A stretch of DNA of 24,335 bases from assembly GCA_034440375.1 (NCBI GenBank), contig JAWXBZ010000194.1:1-24335 (forward strand). The letters are read 5' to 3'. The position numbers and the translations under genes are program-made. This DNA comes from Candidatus Eiseniibacteriota bacterium. GTDB lineage: Bacteria > Eisenbacteria > RBG-16-71-46 > JABDJR01 > JAWXBZ01. This document shows positions 16,672-24,335 of this stretch, one piece after another. A model generated the notes under the pieces. The model saw only the letters and a program-made list of their open reading frames with translations. It ran no database searches and had not been told where the DNA came from. Each line of letters opens with the position of its first letter. Within the stretch, counting starts at the first letter, position 1.

Positions 16672-17598
16672 TCAATGATGTGCACCTGCGCCGGCCCAGA
16701 TCGGGCCTGGCTTGGGGGGCTGAGTCGGCCAGTCCTCGTAAGTGGCCACCAGTTCGTCCTTCGTGCCGGAAAAACCGAGGGCCTTCATGGCGATCGCGAG
16801 CTCGTCATCGTTGAGGGGCTTGCCGTGCCACTTGAAATTGTCCTCGTACGGCGGCACGCCCTTCATCATCAGCGTGCGGAAGAGAATCACTGTCGGTTTT
16901 CCCCGGGTGGCTCTCGCCTCATCATAGGCCGCGGCGATCTTTCCGTAGTCGTGGCCATCCGTTTCGATGACATGGAAATTGAAGGCGCGAAACTTGTCGC
17001 CAAGCGGTTCGATCCCCATCACGTCCTCCACCCGGCCGTCGATCTGGGCATTGTTGAAATCGACCAGGAGGCAGAGATTATCGAGCTTGTAGTGGGCTGC
17101 GGTCATGACCGCCTCCCAGATGTTCCCTTCCTGTAACTCGCCATCGCCGCAATTGCAGTAGATGCGGACATCGTGCTGACCCTTGAGCCGCGCCCCGAGC
17201 GCCATGCCGTTGGCCTGCGAGAGCCCCTGACCGAGACTGCCGGTGGAGGCCTCGAGGCCGGGCACGTAGATCATGTTGGGATGCCCCTGGAGCGGCGACC
17301 CCGACATGCGAAACCGAAGCAGCCACTTCGGCGGAAAGTAGCCGCGCCGGCAGAGGACCGCGTAGTTGTAGGCGGAGCAGTGGCCGTTCGACAGGACAAA
17401 ACGATCGCGTGGTTCCCTGCGCGCTGCTTTTGGATCGATGTCCATGACGTTGGCGAAGAGCCAGGTGGCATAGTCGGCCATCCCCAGTGGTCCCCCGGGG
17501 TGTCCGGAATTGGTCAGGTTCGTCATAAGGCATACATCAAGTCGGATCTGTTGCGCCATGCGGAAGACGGCGTCGGGCGCGAGATTGAGCGTTGGCAT
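16672..17598 (-). CDS. Transketolase, N-terminal (ThDP-binding) subunit
   Basis: Motifs SGHPGG, DRFVLSNGH, LQGHP, TGSLGQG, GDGELQEG...NN and WHGK. Confidence 0.93.
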   Translation of the reverse strand: MPTLNLAPDAVFRMAQQIRLDVCLMTNLTNSGHPGGPLGMADYATWLFANVMDIDPKAARREPRDRFVLSNGHCSAYNYAVLCRRGYFPPKWLLRFRMSGSPLQGHPNMIYVPGLEASTGSLGQGLSQANGMALGARLKGQHDVRIYCNCGDGELQEGNIWEAVMTAAHYKLDNLCLLVDFNNAQIDGRVEDVMGIEPLGDKFRAFNFHVIETDGHDYGKIAAAYDEARATRGKPTVILFRTLMMKGVPPYEDNFKWHGKPLNDDELAIAMKALGFSGTKDELVATYEDWPTQPPKPGPIWAGAGAHH

Positions 17599-17607
17599 AG
17601 GCAGTGA

Positions 17608-17636
17608 AACCTATCATCCCGATGCCGGTGCGTCAA
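17608..17636 (-). promoter_or_regulatory. sigma70 promoter of the transketolase genes
   Basis: TTGACG (17636-17631), 17 bp, TGa-TAGGTT (17613-17608). The -10 ends 9 nt before the ATG and there is no SD. Confidence 0.7.
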
Positions 17637-17730
17637 TCCATCCATTCGTAGAACGATGGCTGCAATGTGTTGCCATGCAACATCTTGCGGTTAGCGCTTC
17701 AAGTGCTGTCGCGCCCGCTTCGATGGCGGG

Positions 17731-19566
17731 TCACCAGTCCGAACCGCCAGCGGCCAGTCGAAGCGCCACGCCCGCGCTCCGCTCCACCGCCGCGAGCACG
17801 GAAACCTCCTCGGACACGAAGAGCGCCGCTTCGATCCGCCCCCGGGCGATGCCGGCGGCCAGGTGCCAGCGTCGTCCGCGCCCATGGACCGTGACCGAGC
17901 CGTTCTGTCCCGCCGCCCGCTCCTCGAACACCAGTGCCGACCCGGATGGTGGCATGTCGAATCGCGCGATTCCGCCTCCCGCCCAGGTGCCGGCCGGACC
18001 GCGCCAACGGCCGCGAATCACCAGGAGATCGCGGGCGCTCCGAATTCGATGGTCGTCGCCGGCCGCACCGCGTTCCAGGTCGAGCCGACCGCTCCAGTCG
18101 AATCGCAGGCGCGTCCGTTTCCCCTCCCAGGCTGCCTTGAGTCGGCCGGTGTATCGCCGCTCCGGTGGATCGGCCAGCGGGGATGGCCCGGGCGCGCCGC
18201 GCGTCTCCAGTCCGACATCGAAGGCCATGGCCAGCCCTGGTGTCCGCGTTACTTCGATCCCCAGTTCCGCCGCGCCGATCGGCCGGTCCCACGCCCGCCG
18301 GCTCGCCGCCGGATCGAGCCGGCCGGTCAATCGCCCGAGCGCGGCCGTGTGGCGCGTGAGCCGTGCGCGCAGCGAGAGGCTCGTCACCTCACGATTCTCA
18401 TTTCGGCCGGTTGACAGCAGCGCCGCCGAAACGGGATCACGCTCACTGTCGAATCCAAGCGGCGCCACGAAGCTGCGGTGGCCGCCCACATGACGAAACT
18501 CGGCACGGAGTCGCCGACCGTCGCGAACATCCAGGGTCAGCGCCCGGCGAATGGCGCCATCGGCATCGCGGGCCAGTTCGAGGCGGGCGACGCCCGCACC
18601 AAAGGGCGCCGAGAGATGAAGCGACGACCAGGGTCGCTGCTGCCAGATGGCGACCTGCACAGCGACGCCGACCGCCGAGTCACCACGGGCACCCACGCGG
18701 AACCTGGCCCAGTGCCAATGCGGTGGCGGAAGTATCGAATCACCGAGTGATGCTGCGGCCAGCGCCGCCCGGTACTTAAACGTACCGATCGTGAGGCGTC
18801 CGCCCAGATCGACCACCGCACCCCGAAGGAATCGGCTCCCCGGTGTCGGGGCGGTCCGCTCGAGATCGTCCGGTTTCCCGATGGTCCAGGGAGAGTTGGT
18901 CGGATGTCGCCCGATAGGCGGCTCCCCTGAAAAGGAACCGCGCAGGCCGAGTAGTAGCCCTAATCCCTCGAGGGGAGCCATGTCGCCGACGTGAATCGCC
19001 AGGCCAGGTCGAGGTCGAATTCTCAGGCTCATCGACGGCTCGACCTGTGGCTGGAGGCCGTTGGACATGGTCCGGCGTACCCGCCCCGCGGCGGCCACCC
19101 AGCCCGATCGCAGGAGGAGAGTGGCATCATCCCGGATGCGTGTCGGCGTCTTCGTCCGTGCCAGTGAGGCCCGCACCTCGTTGCCGGCGGCCGCGGCGCC
19201 CAGGAACAACCAGGGGCGCACGGCAAGCAATCGGCCCGCCGGAAGATCGGACTCGGCCGACGCCAGTTCGGACCAGGCGCGGATCGGTCCATGCGTCGCC
19301 CGAAATTGAACAAGGCCCTGGGCCAGGTCGGCGGTCATCCCCGGGATGGTCATTAGTTCGTCGAGCGTAGTGCGATTGATGTTGATCGGTTCCACGAGCG
19401 CCGCGTCCATTGCCATGCCGGACTCCGCCTCATCGATGGCGCCTGCCGGGGATGCGGATATCGCCTCGATGATGAGAAGTGAGAATGCGGCGAGTGGCAG
19501 AATCATCCTCGTGGTGCGGACGGCCCGTGGAACCCGATGGTTCCGGCCGCGACTGTCACGAATCAT
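17731..19566 (-). CDS. ComEA-type helix-hairpin-helix domain protein fused to a predicted outer-membrane beta-barrel
   Basis: Start at ATG 19566 (overlaps the upstream stop) or 19506; the ORF-track start at 20037 lies inside the upstream gene. Signal peptide, then HhH (PININRTTLDELMTIPGMTADLAQGLVQFRATHGPI), then ~500 aa of amphipathic beta-strands including VGDMAPLEGLGLLL and FLRGA. Confidence 0.75.
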   Translation of the reverse strand: MIRDSRGRNHRVPRAVRTTRMILPLAAFSLLIIEAISASPAGAIDEAESGMAMDAALVEPININRTTLDELMTIPGMTADLAQGLVQFRATHGPIRAWSELASAESDLPAGRLLAVRPWLFLGAAAAGNEVRASLARTKTPTRIRDDATLLLRSGWVAAAGRVRRTMSNGLQPQVEPSMSLRIRPRPGLAIHVGDMAPLEGLGLLLGLRGSFSGEPPIGRHPTNSPWTIGKPDDLERTAPTPGSRFLRGAVVDLGGRLTIGTFKYRAALAAASLGDSILPPPHWHWARFRVGARGDSAVGVAVQVAIWQQRPWSSLHLSAPFGAGVARLELARDADGAIRRALTLDVRDGRRLRAEFRHVGGHRSFVAPLGFDSERDPVSAALLSTGRNENREVTSLSLRARLTRHTAALGRLTGRLDPAASRRAWDRPIGAAELGIEVTRTPGLAMAFDVGLETRGAPGPSPLADPPERRYTGRLKAAWEGKRTRLRFDWSGRLDLERGAAGDDHRIRSARDLLVIRGRWRGPAGTWAGGGIARFDMPPSGSALVFEERAAGQNGSVTVHGRGRRWHLAAGIARGRIEAALFVSEEVSVLAAVERSAGVALRLAAGGSDW

Positions 19567-20476
19567 GGTCGACCGCCGGGCGTCGTCCCATACCCTTGCC
19601 GGTCGTGATGCCGATCGCCGTCCACGAGCCGAGGCGCGGATGCGTACGACGACCGATGTCCAGACGGATCGGACCGGTGCCGGCCGAGAGACCCACGCCG
19701 ATCTGCCCATCGGCCGGCCGGAATCCGCCCCGGACAGCGAACTGCCGCGTGATGGCCCACTCAAGCCCAGCCTGGTGCCGCCAGCTCTGTCCGGGCGCCC
19801 CCGCATCGAGGGCCAGGGCGAGTCGCCACCCCCGCGGCAGGTCGAGGGCCGCGCCAAGCTCAACGCGATCCGGGGCCAAACCGGCCAGCCCACCGCCACG
19901 GGCCAGCCATCGGGCCGCCAGCGCCAGGGAGGGGCCGACGCGCCCGCCGATCGCGATACCGAGGATCCAGCCGGAGGAACCGGTGGCGTCCGCTCTGCTT
20001 TCGGCATCCGACGTCTGATCGCCGGCACGCCAGCCACCGGCTCCCAGCGTCAACCCCCATCCCCAGCGGGAGCCGCCCCGGGCCGGGCGCGTGACATCGA
20101 GCTGAAATTCATTCTCGTGATAACCGGCCAGGCCGCGATCGGACAGGCGGGCGGCGAGCCGCAAGTTCCCCTTGCCGAACCAGGCCGCCGCGCCGGGCGA
20201 TTTCAATTCCGGAATGGACTCCACCCGGGAGATCACAGCCGTGCCCCCGAACCCGGTCGGCCCGCCCACGACGCACGAGCCGTCCACCGGCAGGCGTCCG
20301 TCATCGGACCAGGCCGGCTGTGGCCCTCCCAGGCCAAGGGCCAGGGGATCCGCGGCCGGGGCTTCCATCGCCGAACGCGCGGCGGGCGGCATGCTCATGC
20401 CGATCAACAACATCACGCCGCACCATGAAGCCGGGAGCGATATCGACGATCGGGTTGCCTGGAACCGCCCACTCAC
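19556..20476 (-). CDS. Predicted outer-membrane beta-barrel, PorV/PorQ-like
   Basis: Signal peptide; ALGLGG near the mature N-terminus, PEL and G..GYHE motifs; C-terminal AGLEW...AVRGG...LDIG...HPRLG pattern. GTGA overlap with the upstream stop. Confidence 0.6.
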   Translation of the reverse strand: MSGRFQATRSSISLPASWCGVMLLIGMSMPPAARSAMEAPAADPLALGLGGPQPAWSDDGRLPVDGSCVVGGPTGFGGTAVISRVESIPELKSPGAAAWFGKGNLRLAARLSDRGLAGYHENEFQLDVTRPARGGSRWGWGLTLGAGGWRAGDQTSDAESRADATGSSGWILGIAIGGRVGPSLALAARWLARGGGLAGLAPDRVELGAALDLPRGWRLALALDAGAPGQSWRHQAGLEWAITRQFAVRGGFRPADGQIGVGLSAGTGPIRLDIGRRTHPRLGSWTAIGITTGKGMGRRPAVDHDS

Positions 20477-21327
20477 CGCACACCACCCATCACGACCGGG
20501 CGCCGCCAGCGCCTCGGTGTCACTTCGTCATCAAAACGCCCTTCGAGCAGCACAACATAAAGCCCCGGCGGGCACCGACGACCCGCATCGTCGGCGCCAT
20601 CCCAGACAACCCGTCCCACCGTGGACGCCTCGTCCAATGGCCGGAGGAGCCGCACCGACCGGCCATCGAGATCGAATATCTCCAGAGTCAGGAGTGCCGG
20701 ACGATCAAGATGCCAGGAGATGCGAGCGCCGCTCGAACCAGGCACGATCGGTCCGATGGGTACGATCAACTCACCCTTGTCGATTTCCTCCGGCCGGGGC
20801 GAAAGGGAGTTTCGACCCAGCGGCGTGGCGCCGAGCGGGTCATCGCACGGGGACCAGTTGGCGGCCAGCAGGCTTCCGCCCACCGGATCAATGCGCTCGA
20901 GGGAACGCCCCGCCCCGCCGAGCCAACGCGCCTGATAAATCAGGGAATCCAGCACCGTGCCATTGGCGGATCGCAGGACGACGGCGTCCGCCCATCCGGC
21001 CTCGCCATCGGCATCGTTCAAGGTTGGCCAGGTGCCAATCGGCTTTACGACACGCGAGGAATCGAGTCCGGCAAAGGCGGAATGAACGCGCTCGACGTTG
21101 GATGCGAAGACGAGAAATTCGCCCGGGGCGAGATCGTCGATCGTGTCGGGAATTTGAGCCGGGCGTCGCCGCGCATCCTCGATCGACAGGCCGGCCACGG
21201 GTGCCGACGCATCCCCCGCATTCTGAATCTCGATCCATTCAGATCCGCCGGTCAGGGGTTTGACGAACAGTTCGCTGATGACGAGTCGCGCGATGAGGAA
21301 GACGAGCAGGGTCGCGATCTGGAGCAT
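20473..21327 (-). CDS. Lamin tail domain + C-terminal FlgD-Ig-like domain protein
   Basis: SD-like GGGAGAAGGA; LTD motifs LVISEL, EWIEIQN, LAPGEFLV, WPTLND, GRSLERID and GATP.GRNS; tail LEIFDLDGRSVRLL...WDGADDAGRRCPPGLYVV. Confidence 0.85.
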   Translation of the reverse strand: MLQIATLLVFLIARLVISELFVKPLTGGSEWIEIQNAGDASAPVAGLSIEDARRRPAQIPDTIDDLAPGEFLVFASNVERVHSAFAGLDSSRVVKPIGTWPTLNDADGEAGWADAVVLRSANGTVLDSLIYQARWLGGAGRSLERIDPVGGSLLAANWSPCDDPLGATPLGRNSLSPRPEEIDKGELIVPIGPIVPGSSGARISWHLDRPALLTLEIFDLDGRSVRLLRPLDEASTVGRVVWDGADDAGRRCPPGLYVVLLEGRFDDEVTPRRWRRPVVMGGVR

Positions 21328-21466
21328 GTCCTTCTCCCTGGCAGGCCGGATGGTTGACCCGGCTGCCGAACGGACGGGACCGTTTCGGGAACGTAGGACG
21401 ATGATTGCGCGGGACGGGAATCAGGATGGAGCGCCACGCACAGGGGGCGCCCCGGAGACGTTCTTG

Positions 21467-23761
21467 CTAGACCATTCCGCGACGACGTCGGAGAAACCAT
21501 TCGGACGAGAGCAGGCCCACGAAGGCGACGAAAAACCAGGGGCTGTCCCAGATGTCGAGGGTCACCACTTCCTTATTGGCGCTGCCGGCGATCTGCAATT
21601 CATCGGGGAGGCGTTTGGCTTCGGCCGGTCGGTAGAACCGACCACCCGATTCAGCAGACAGTCGTGCCAGGAAGGCCGGATCGGCCGCCGGGCGGCGGAA
21701 CTCAACGCCCATCGATTCAACGGCGAAACTGCCGCTCGCCTCGCCAAGCGACGTCCCTTCCCGTCGGGCCAGGGCGCGGTAGCGATAGCGACCGGGCGGA
21801 AGGCTCGGCGACTCCGCTGCATAAAAGCCGCCACCGCTGCCGGCCAGGGCCACCGTGCGCGGCAGGCCGGCTTCCGGTGACATCGGGCTGTTCTCCACGC
21901 TCGGGGCGGGTGCCGCCAACGAGTCGTCCCGCGTGATCGTTACGCTGATCTCCGCGCCGTCCAGCGGCTGGTACTCACCATCCGACAGGCGGGCCGTGAA
22001 GTCCACCGACGCGCCTCGCTCGAACACGGCGCGGCCGGGCTCGACCGACAATCGACTGGCCAGGTCGGGCGATGTCAGCCAGCGCGCCGCACCAATCCAG
22101 AGGCGCTCGTGAAAATCACGACGTTCCTCCGCGCCGGGTGGGCGAAAGGCCCAGCGCCAGAAGCCGTGGGCCGACACCACCAGCACCTTGCCGGCACCGG
22201 AACGACCGACCACCAACACGGGATAATCGCCGGGGCCCGACACCAGCACCTCGGCACTCCCTTTCAGCGCTGGTTCGCTCCCGGCTGAAGCCAGTGGCGG
22301 CAGGTCGGACCAGAGTGCCGCGTTGTCAGTTTCACCTTCAACCACCTGCGTTGCCGGATGACGACGCCCGGCATTGGTTAGCAGGACCTGAATCGCCGAA
22401 CTGCCGTTGACCTGCGGGGACGCCGGATCGACCGGCAGAATTCCGGCAAGCGGTGTACCTGCCAACCGCTTGATTCCGGTTCCGCCGGCGCCACCGAAAA
22501 CGAGAAGACCCCCGCCCCGACGGGTCCAGTTTGCCAGAGCCTCCCAGCTCGCCACCGGCAGATCGCGGGCGTCGAGCCCGCTCAATACGACCAGCACATA
22601 GGGTCCGAGTTCAGCGGCGCCCGGCGAAAACGATGTCGGCTGGCTGGGGCGTCCCAGCGATCGCCAGCCGGTGCCAAGCCGCACCATCGTCCGGACCGAC
22701 AGGCTCGAGTCGGCAGCCAGGGACCGATTCAGAAAGGCCAGATCCCAATCGGCGGTCCCGGCGATGACGAGGACCTTGTTCTTCTCCTCTCGCACATCGA
22801 GGGCGAACATGCGGCGGTTATTGATCCCGGTGAACTCATCCGGACGCGGGGTAACGCGGACCTCGTAGAAGTGCTGTCCCACGCTGGCCGGACGAAACTT
22901 GAGCCGCACCTGCTGTTCGGCACCGTCGGCCGCCCAGACGATCGACTGCTTCGTCACCATGTCCTCACGGCCTGGACGTGTCACGTCCACGACTTCGAGG
23001 TCGACCCCGCCGCCCGCGAGTCCCTGGTTGTGCACCGTCACCGCCAGCGGCACATCATCGCCCAGGAACGCGGTTCGGTTGACCTGAATGCGCGCCACCG
23101 ACGCGTCCAGGCGGATCGAATCGCTGCCGACACCAATGGTGTAAACCGGCAGCGCCAGCCGGCGGGCCACGGCCACGGGATCGATCCCCTGGTTAGCCAC
23201 GCCGTCCGAGACAATGACCACCGCACCGGCCCGGGCCCGGCCGATCTCGGCCACGGCCGATTCCATGGCCGAGCCGATGGCGGTAGCATCACCGGCCGGC
23301 GTCAGCGCGGGAGGGGGCGGATTCAGCTTGAGGCCATCGGGCAACGGACGCGCCACGCGATCGAATCCCCAGGCTCGAACGCCGTGTCGGTCGGCAAGTG
23401 CCGGAAGAATATCGGCGAGGGCCGTGCGGGCCTGCTCGGCGCGCGTCGGCCCCGCGTGGTCGGCACCGGCCGGGAGGGTCTGGCTTTCGGAGGTGTCGAA
23501 GAGGACCGCCACGAGGCGTCGCCCCTTGTCGGCGGCTCCCAGGGTAATGACGGGGCGGCAGATCAGAACCAGGAGGATGATAAAGGCTGCGGCCCGGATC
23601 ACCTGCAGCAGGGCGCGCATGGGGCCGGACATCGGCGCGGGGTTCTTGCGGTAGACCCAGATGGAGAGGGCGACCAGGAGCATTCCGACAAGTAGCCAGG
23701 GCCACAGGTGTCCGCCCGGCGGTTGAAACGAAAATCCCCTGAAATCGCTGATGGCCGGCAC
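21467..23761 (-). CDS. Membrane-anchored vWA + Ig-like + glutamine-amidotransferase-like domain protein
   Basis: Two N-terminal TM helices; MIDAS-like FDTSES, TAIG and VSDG; GATase-like section (GGGLLVFGG); WRW motif; C-terminal TM followed by EWFLRRRRGM. Confidence 0.82.
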   Translation of the reverse strand: MPAISDFRGFSFQPPGGHLWPWLLVGMLLVALSIWVYRKNPAPMSGPMRALLQVIRAAAFIILLVLICRPVITLGAADKGRRLVAVLFDTSESQTLPAGADHAGPTRAEQARTALADILPALADRHGVRAWGFDRVARPLPDGLKLNPPPPALTPAGDATAIGSAMESAVAEIGRARAGAVVIVSDGVANQGIDPVAVARRLALPVYTIGVGSDSIRLDASVARIQVNRTAFLGDDVPLAVTVHNQGLAGGGVDLEVVDVTRPGREDMVTKQSIVWAADGAEQQVRLKFRPASVGQHFYEVRVTPRPDEFTGINNRRMFALDVREEKNKVLVIAGTADWDLAFLNRSLAADSSLSVRTMVRLGTGWRSLGRPSQPTSFSPGAAELGPYVLVVLSGLDARDLPVASWEALANWTRRGGGLLVFGGAGGTGIKRLAGTPLAGILPVDPASPQVNGSSAIQVLLTNAGRRHPATQVVEGETDNAALWSDLPPLASAGSEPALKGSAEVLVSGPGDYPVLVVGRSGAGKVLVVSAHGFWRWAFRPPGAEERRDFHERLWIGAARWLTSPDLASRLSVEPGRAVFERGASVDFTARLSDGEYQPLDGAEISVTITRDDSLAAPAPSVENSPMSPEAGLPRTVALAGSGGGFYAAESPSLPPGRYRYRALARREGTSLGEASGSFAVESMGVEFRRPAADPAFLARLSAESGGRFYRPAEAKRLPDELQIAGSANKEVVTLDIWDSPWFFVAFVGLLSSEWFLRRRRGMV

Positions 23762-23859
23762 TCCCTACAAAGTTCGAGCCGGCCCTTCCGGTTCCCGGAA
23801 AGATCGGCGTCGAATCAAGGCTGTCGTACGGAAAGGATTCGAGGTTGGCGGGTTCGAAA

Positions 23860-23888
23860 AAGCTAGCATGCACCCGGGGGGGTGTCAA
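23860..23888 (-). promoter_or_regulatory. sigma70 promoter upstream of the vWA gene
   Basis: Perfect TTGACA (23888-23883), 17 bp, TGc-TAGCTT (23865-23860). Confidence 0.75.
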
Positions 23889-23924
23889 CGAATGGGTGTT
23901 GGTATCAGGGACCTGGTATTGGTC

Positions 23925-24335
23925 TCAAGGCCCTGTTGATGCGGACCGTCGAAAGTTGTACCAGCCGATCAACAACACCTGCGGAATCGTGATCGCCTCC
24001 ACGAACCCGATGGCCGTCACGAGCAATCCCTCGATTCGAACGAAGACGACCGCGGGAAGGGCGACGCGCCCGCCAACCAGCGCGGCCACCAGCAGTGTCA
24101 TCACAACACCGGTCGTCTTGCCAAGCACGGTCGGTCGTATCTGGACCGGACCACGAAAGAGATAGAGGAACGTCGCCCCACCGAATAGCAGTCCGTATCG
24201 GGTCATGATCAGGACCAGGACCCAGGCCGGAATGAGTTTTACTGCGAAGAGTGCAATGAACAGCGCCGCATTGAACAGAACATCGACGACCGGATCAAAG
24301 ATGCGACCGAAGTCGGTGGCGTCGCCGCGGCGACG
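23925..24335 (-). CDS. CDP-alcohol phosphatidyltransferase family protein (partial, 5' end beyond window)
   Basis: Frame is open to the right edge and reads RRRGDATDFGRIFDPVVD, the second half of the DGxxAR...GxxxDxxxD motif. It is followed by TM helices and LGKTT. Confidence 0.88.
   Translation of the reverse strand, partial: RRRGDATDFGRIFDPVVDVLFNAALFIALFAVKLIPAWVLVLIMTRYGLLFGGATFLYLFRGPVQIRPTVLGKTTGVVMTLLVAALVGGRVALPAVVFVRIEGLLVTAIGFVEAITIPQVLLIGWYNFRRSASTGP

Noticed and set aside
15664-17598. Transketolase split as a frameshift or pseudogene
   Set aside because: Two-subunit transketolases are a known class; both halves have complete motifs and the second has its own GGGAG SD.
19567-20037. 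N-terminal 157-aa extension of the 768-aa ORF
   Set aside because: It overlaps the PorV-like gene in another frame, is low-complexity R/P/S/G, and precedes the real signal peptide.
17510-21357. Long plus-strand ORFs (327, 360, 363, 345 aa)
   Set aside because: Antisense to coherent, translationally coupled minus-strand genes, with no domain motifs.
1-24335. CRISPR arrays, IS elements, prophage or defence genes
   Set aside because: No regularly spaced repeats, transposase/integrase motifs or phage-like genes seen.

Overview
GC-rich bacterial chromosome segment with no mobile element, CRISPR array or rRNA. The secreted proteins carry FlgD-Ig-like and 'TWxxVK' C-terminal tails, and there is a GWxTD protein and a PorV/PorQ-like barrel. 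This suggests (inference only) a diderm FCB-related lineage such as Ca. Eisenbacteria/Krumholzibacteria/Latescibacteria. Contents, left to right: a partial TPR-like + GWxTD-domain gene absent from the ORF track (-, runs off the left edge); a secreted SGNH hydrolase with an FlgD-Ig tail; a ~520-bp intergenic region with an apparent sigma54 promoter driving a structured, unannotated minus-strand transcript; a conserved membrane protein; a degenerate mannose-1-P guanylyltransferase-like gene; the operon dedA-smpB-amidase-GerMN-murI-rph-rdgB (-); tRNA-Leu(CAG); a small secreted lamin-tail-domain (LTD) protein; aminotransferase + carbamate kinase behind a multibranch structured leader; a split transketolase; a translationally coupled trio of LTD-FlgD protein, PorV-like barrel and ComEA-type HhH + beta-barrel protein; a vWA/GATase-like membrane protein; and a partial CDP-alcohol phosphatidyltransferase. 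The best leads are the three-gene surface nucleic-acid-binding module, the sigma54 sRNA/small-ORF locus and the aminotransferase leader RNA. All family calls come from motif recognition by eye; no searches were run.
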